Shown here: piece after piece, positions 63,294 to 64,000 of the stretch
Layout: every line of letters starts with the position of its first letter
Position numbering within the stretch: position 1 is the stretch's first letter
The notes under the pieces: generated by a model
Database searches by the model: none
Seen by the model: the letters and a program-made list of their open reading frames with translations, nothing else
What the model was told of the DNA's origin: nothing
Assembly (NCBI GenBank): GCA_049840735.1
Contig: JASGJN010000021.1
Location: forward strand, 160,001-224,000
Source of the DNA: Anaeromyxobacter sp.
GTDB taxonomy: Bacteria; Myxococcota; Myxococcia; Myxococcales; Anaeromyxobacteraceae
DNA: 64,000 nucleotides
Reading direction: 5' to 3'
Position numbers and translations under genes: made by a program

Positions 63294-64000
63294 AACGCAT
63301 CTACCTGTCGGTGCCGCACATGGGCGGTCGCGAGGAGCAGTACGTCGGCGAGGCGTTCGCCTCCAACTGGCTCTCCACCGTCGGCCCCAACCTCGAGGCC
63401 TTCGAGCGCTCGTTCGAGGAGCGCCTCGGCATCCCGGCGGTGGCGCTGGGCAGCGGCACGGCGGCGCTGCACCTCGCCTTGCGCCTCCTGGAGGTCGGCC
63501 CGGGTGACGAGGTGGTCTGCCCGACGCTTACCTTCGTGGCCAGCGTGAACCCGGTCCGCTACCTGGGGGCGGAGCCCGTCTTCATCGACAGCGACCCGGC
63601 CACCTGGATGATGGATCCGCGCCTGCTCGACGAGGCGCTGGCCCGCAAGGCGGCCGCCGGACGGCTGCCCAAGGCCGTGATCGTGGTCCACCTCTACGGC
63701 CAGTCCGCCGACATGGATCCGATCCTGGCCTCCTGCGCCCGCCATGGCGTGCCCGTCATCGAGGACGCGGCCGAGGCCCTCGGGACCACGTACAAGGGCC
63801 GGCCGGCGGGGAGCCTGGGCGCGCTGGGGATCTTCTCCTTCAACGGGAACAAGATCATCACCACCACCGGCGGCGGCATGCTGGCGAGCCCGCGGCGGGA
63901 CTGGGTGGACAAGGCGCGGTTCTGGTCCCAGCAGGCGCGCGACCCGGGCGTCGCCTACGAGCACACGGAGATGGGCTACAACTACCGCCTCTCCAACGTG
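63290..64000 (+). CDS. DegT/DnrJ/EryC1/StrS aminotransferase (PglE-like), truncated by window end
   Basis: From GTG 63290: RIYLSVPHMGG, SGTAALHLA, VHLYG, IEDAAEA, SFNGNKIITT, GYNYRLSN. Confidence 0.93.
   Translation, partial: MKRIYLSVPHMGGREEQYVGEAFASNWLSTVGPNLEAFERSFEERLGIPAVALGSGTAALHLALRLLEVGPGDEVVCPTLTFVASVNPVRYLGAEPVFIDSDPATWMMDPRLLDEALARKAAAGRLPKAVIVVHLYGQSADMDPILASCARHGVPVIEDAAEALGTTYKGRPAGSLGALGIFSFNGNKIITTTGGGMLASPRRDWVDKARFWSQQARDPGVAYEHTEMGYNYRLSNV

Overview
High-GC bacterial window, most likely from an Anaeromyxobacter-like myxobacterium (it carries an aglRQS-type motor operon). The left ~26 kb is core/accessory mosaic. It holds an IS110-family (IS1111-type) element, GNAT, a putative nucleotidyltransferase toxin-antitoxin pair, larB/larC, a PAS histidine kinase, aglRQS, a divergent membrane pyrophosphatase, wzi/rfbD/ugd and an eRF1-like protein. 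It is studded with about 15 copies of one palindromic REP-like repeat. The right ~38 kb is a large Wzx/Wzy-type surface polysaccharide locus (gmd/fcl, wzc, rfbF/rfbG, many glycosyl-, acyl- and methyltransferases, an AsnB-heparinase II/III fusion, pglC/D/E-like genes) that runs off the window end. Main result: the non-coding region downstream of the IS110 transposase can be read by eye as a bridge/seek RNA. Its target guides spell GTTCGGC-CT-GAGCG, the conserved arm of the local REP family. The IS sits in such a REP, and an empty perfect target exists at 19799-19812. Seven of the eleven apparent frameshifts lie at or next to AGATC/GATCT, suggesting methylation-induced long-read errors rather than pseudogenes. 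All product calls come from motif recognition by eye; no database search was run.
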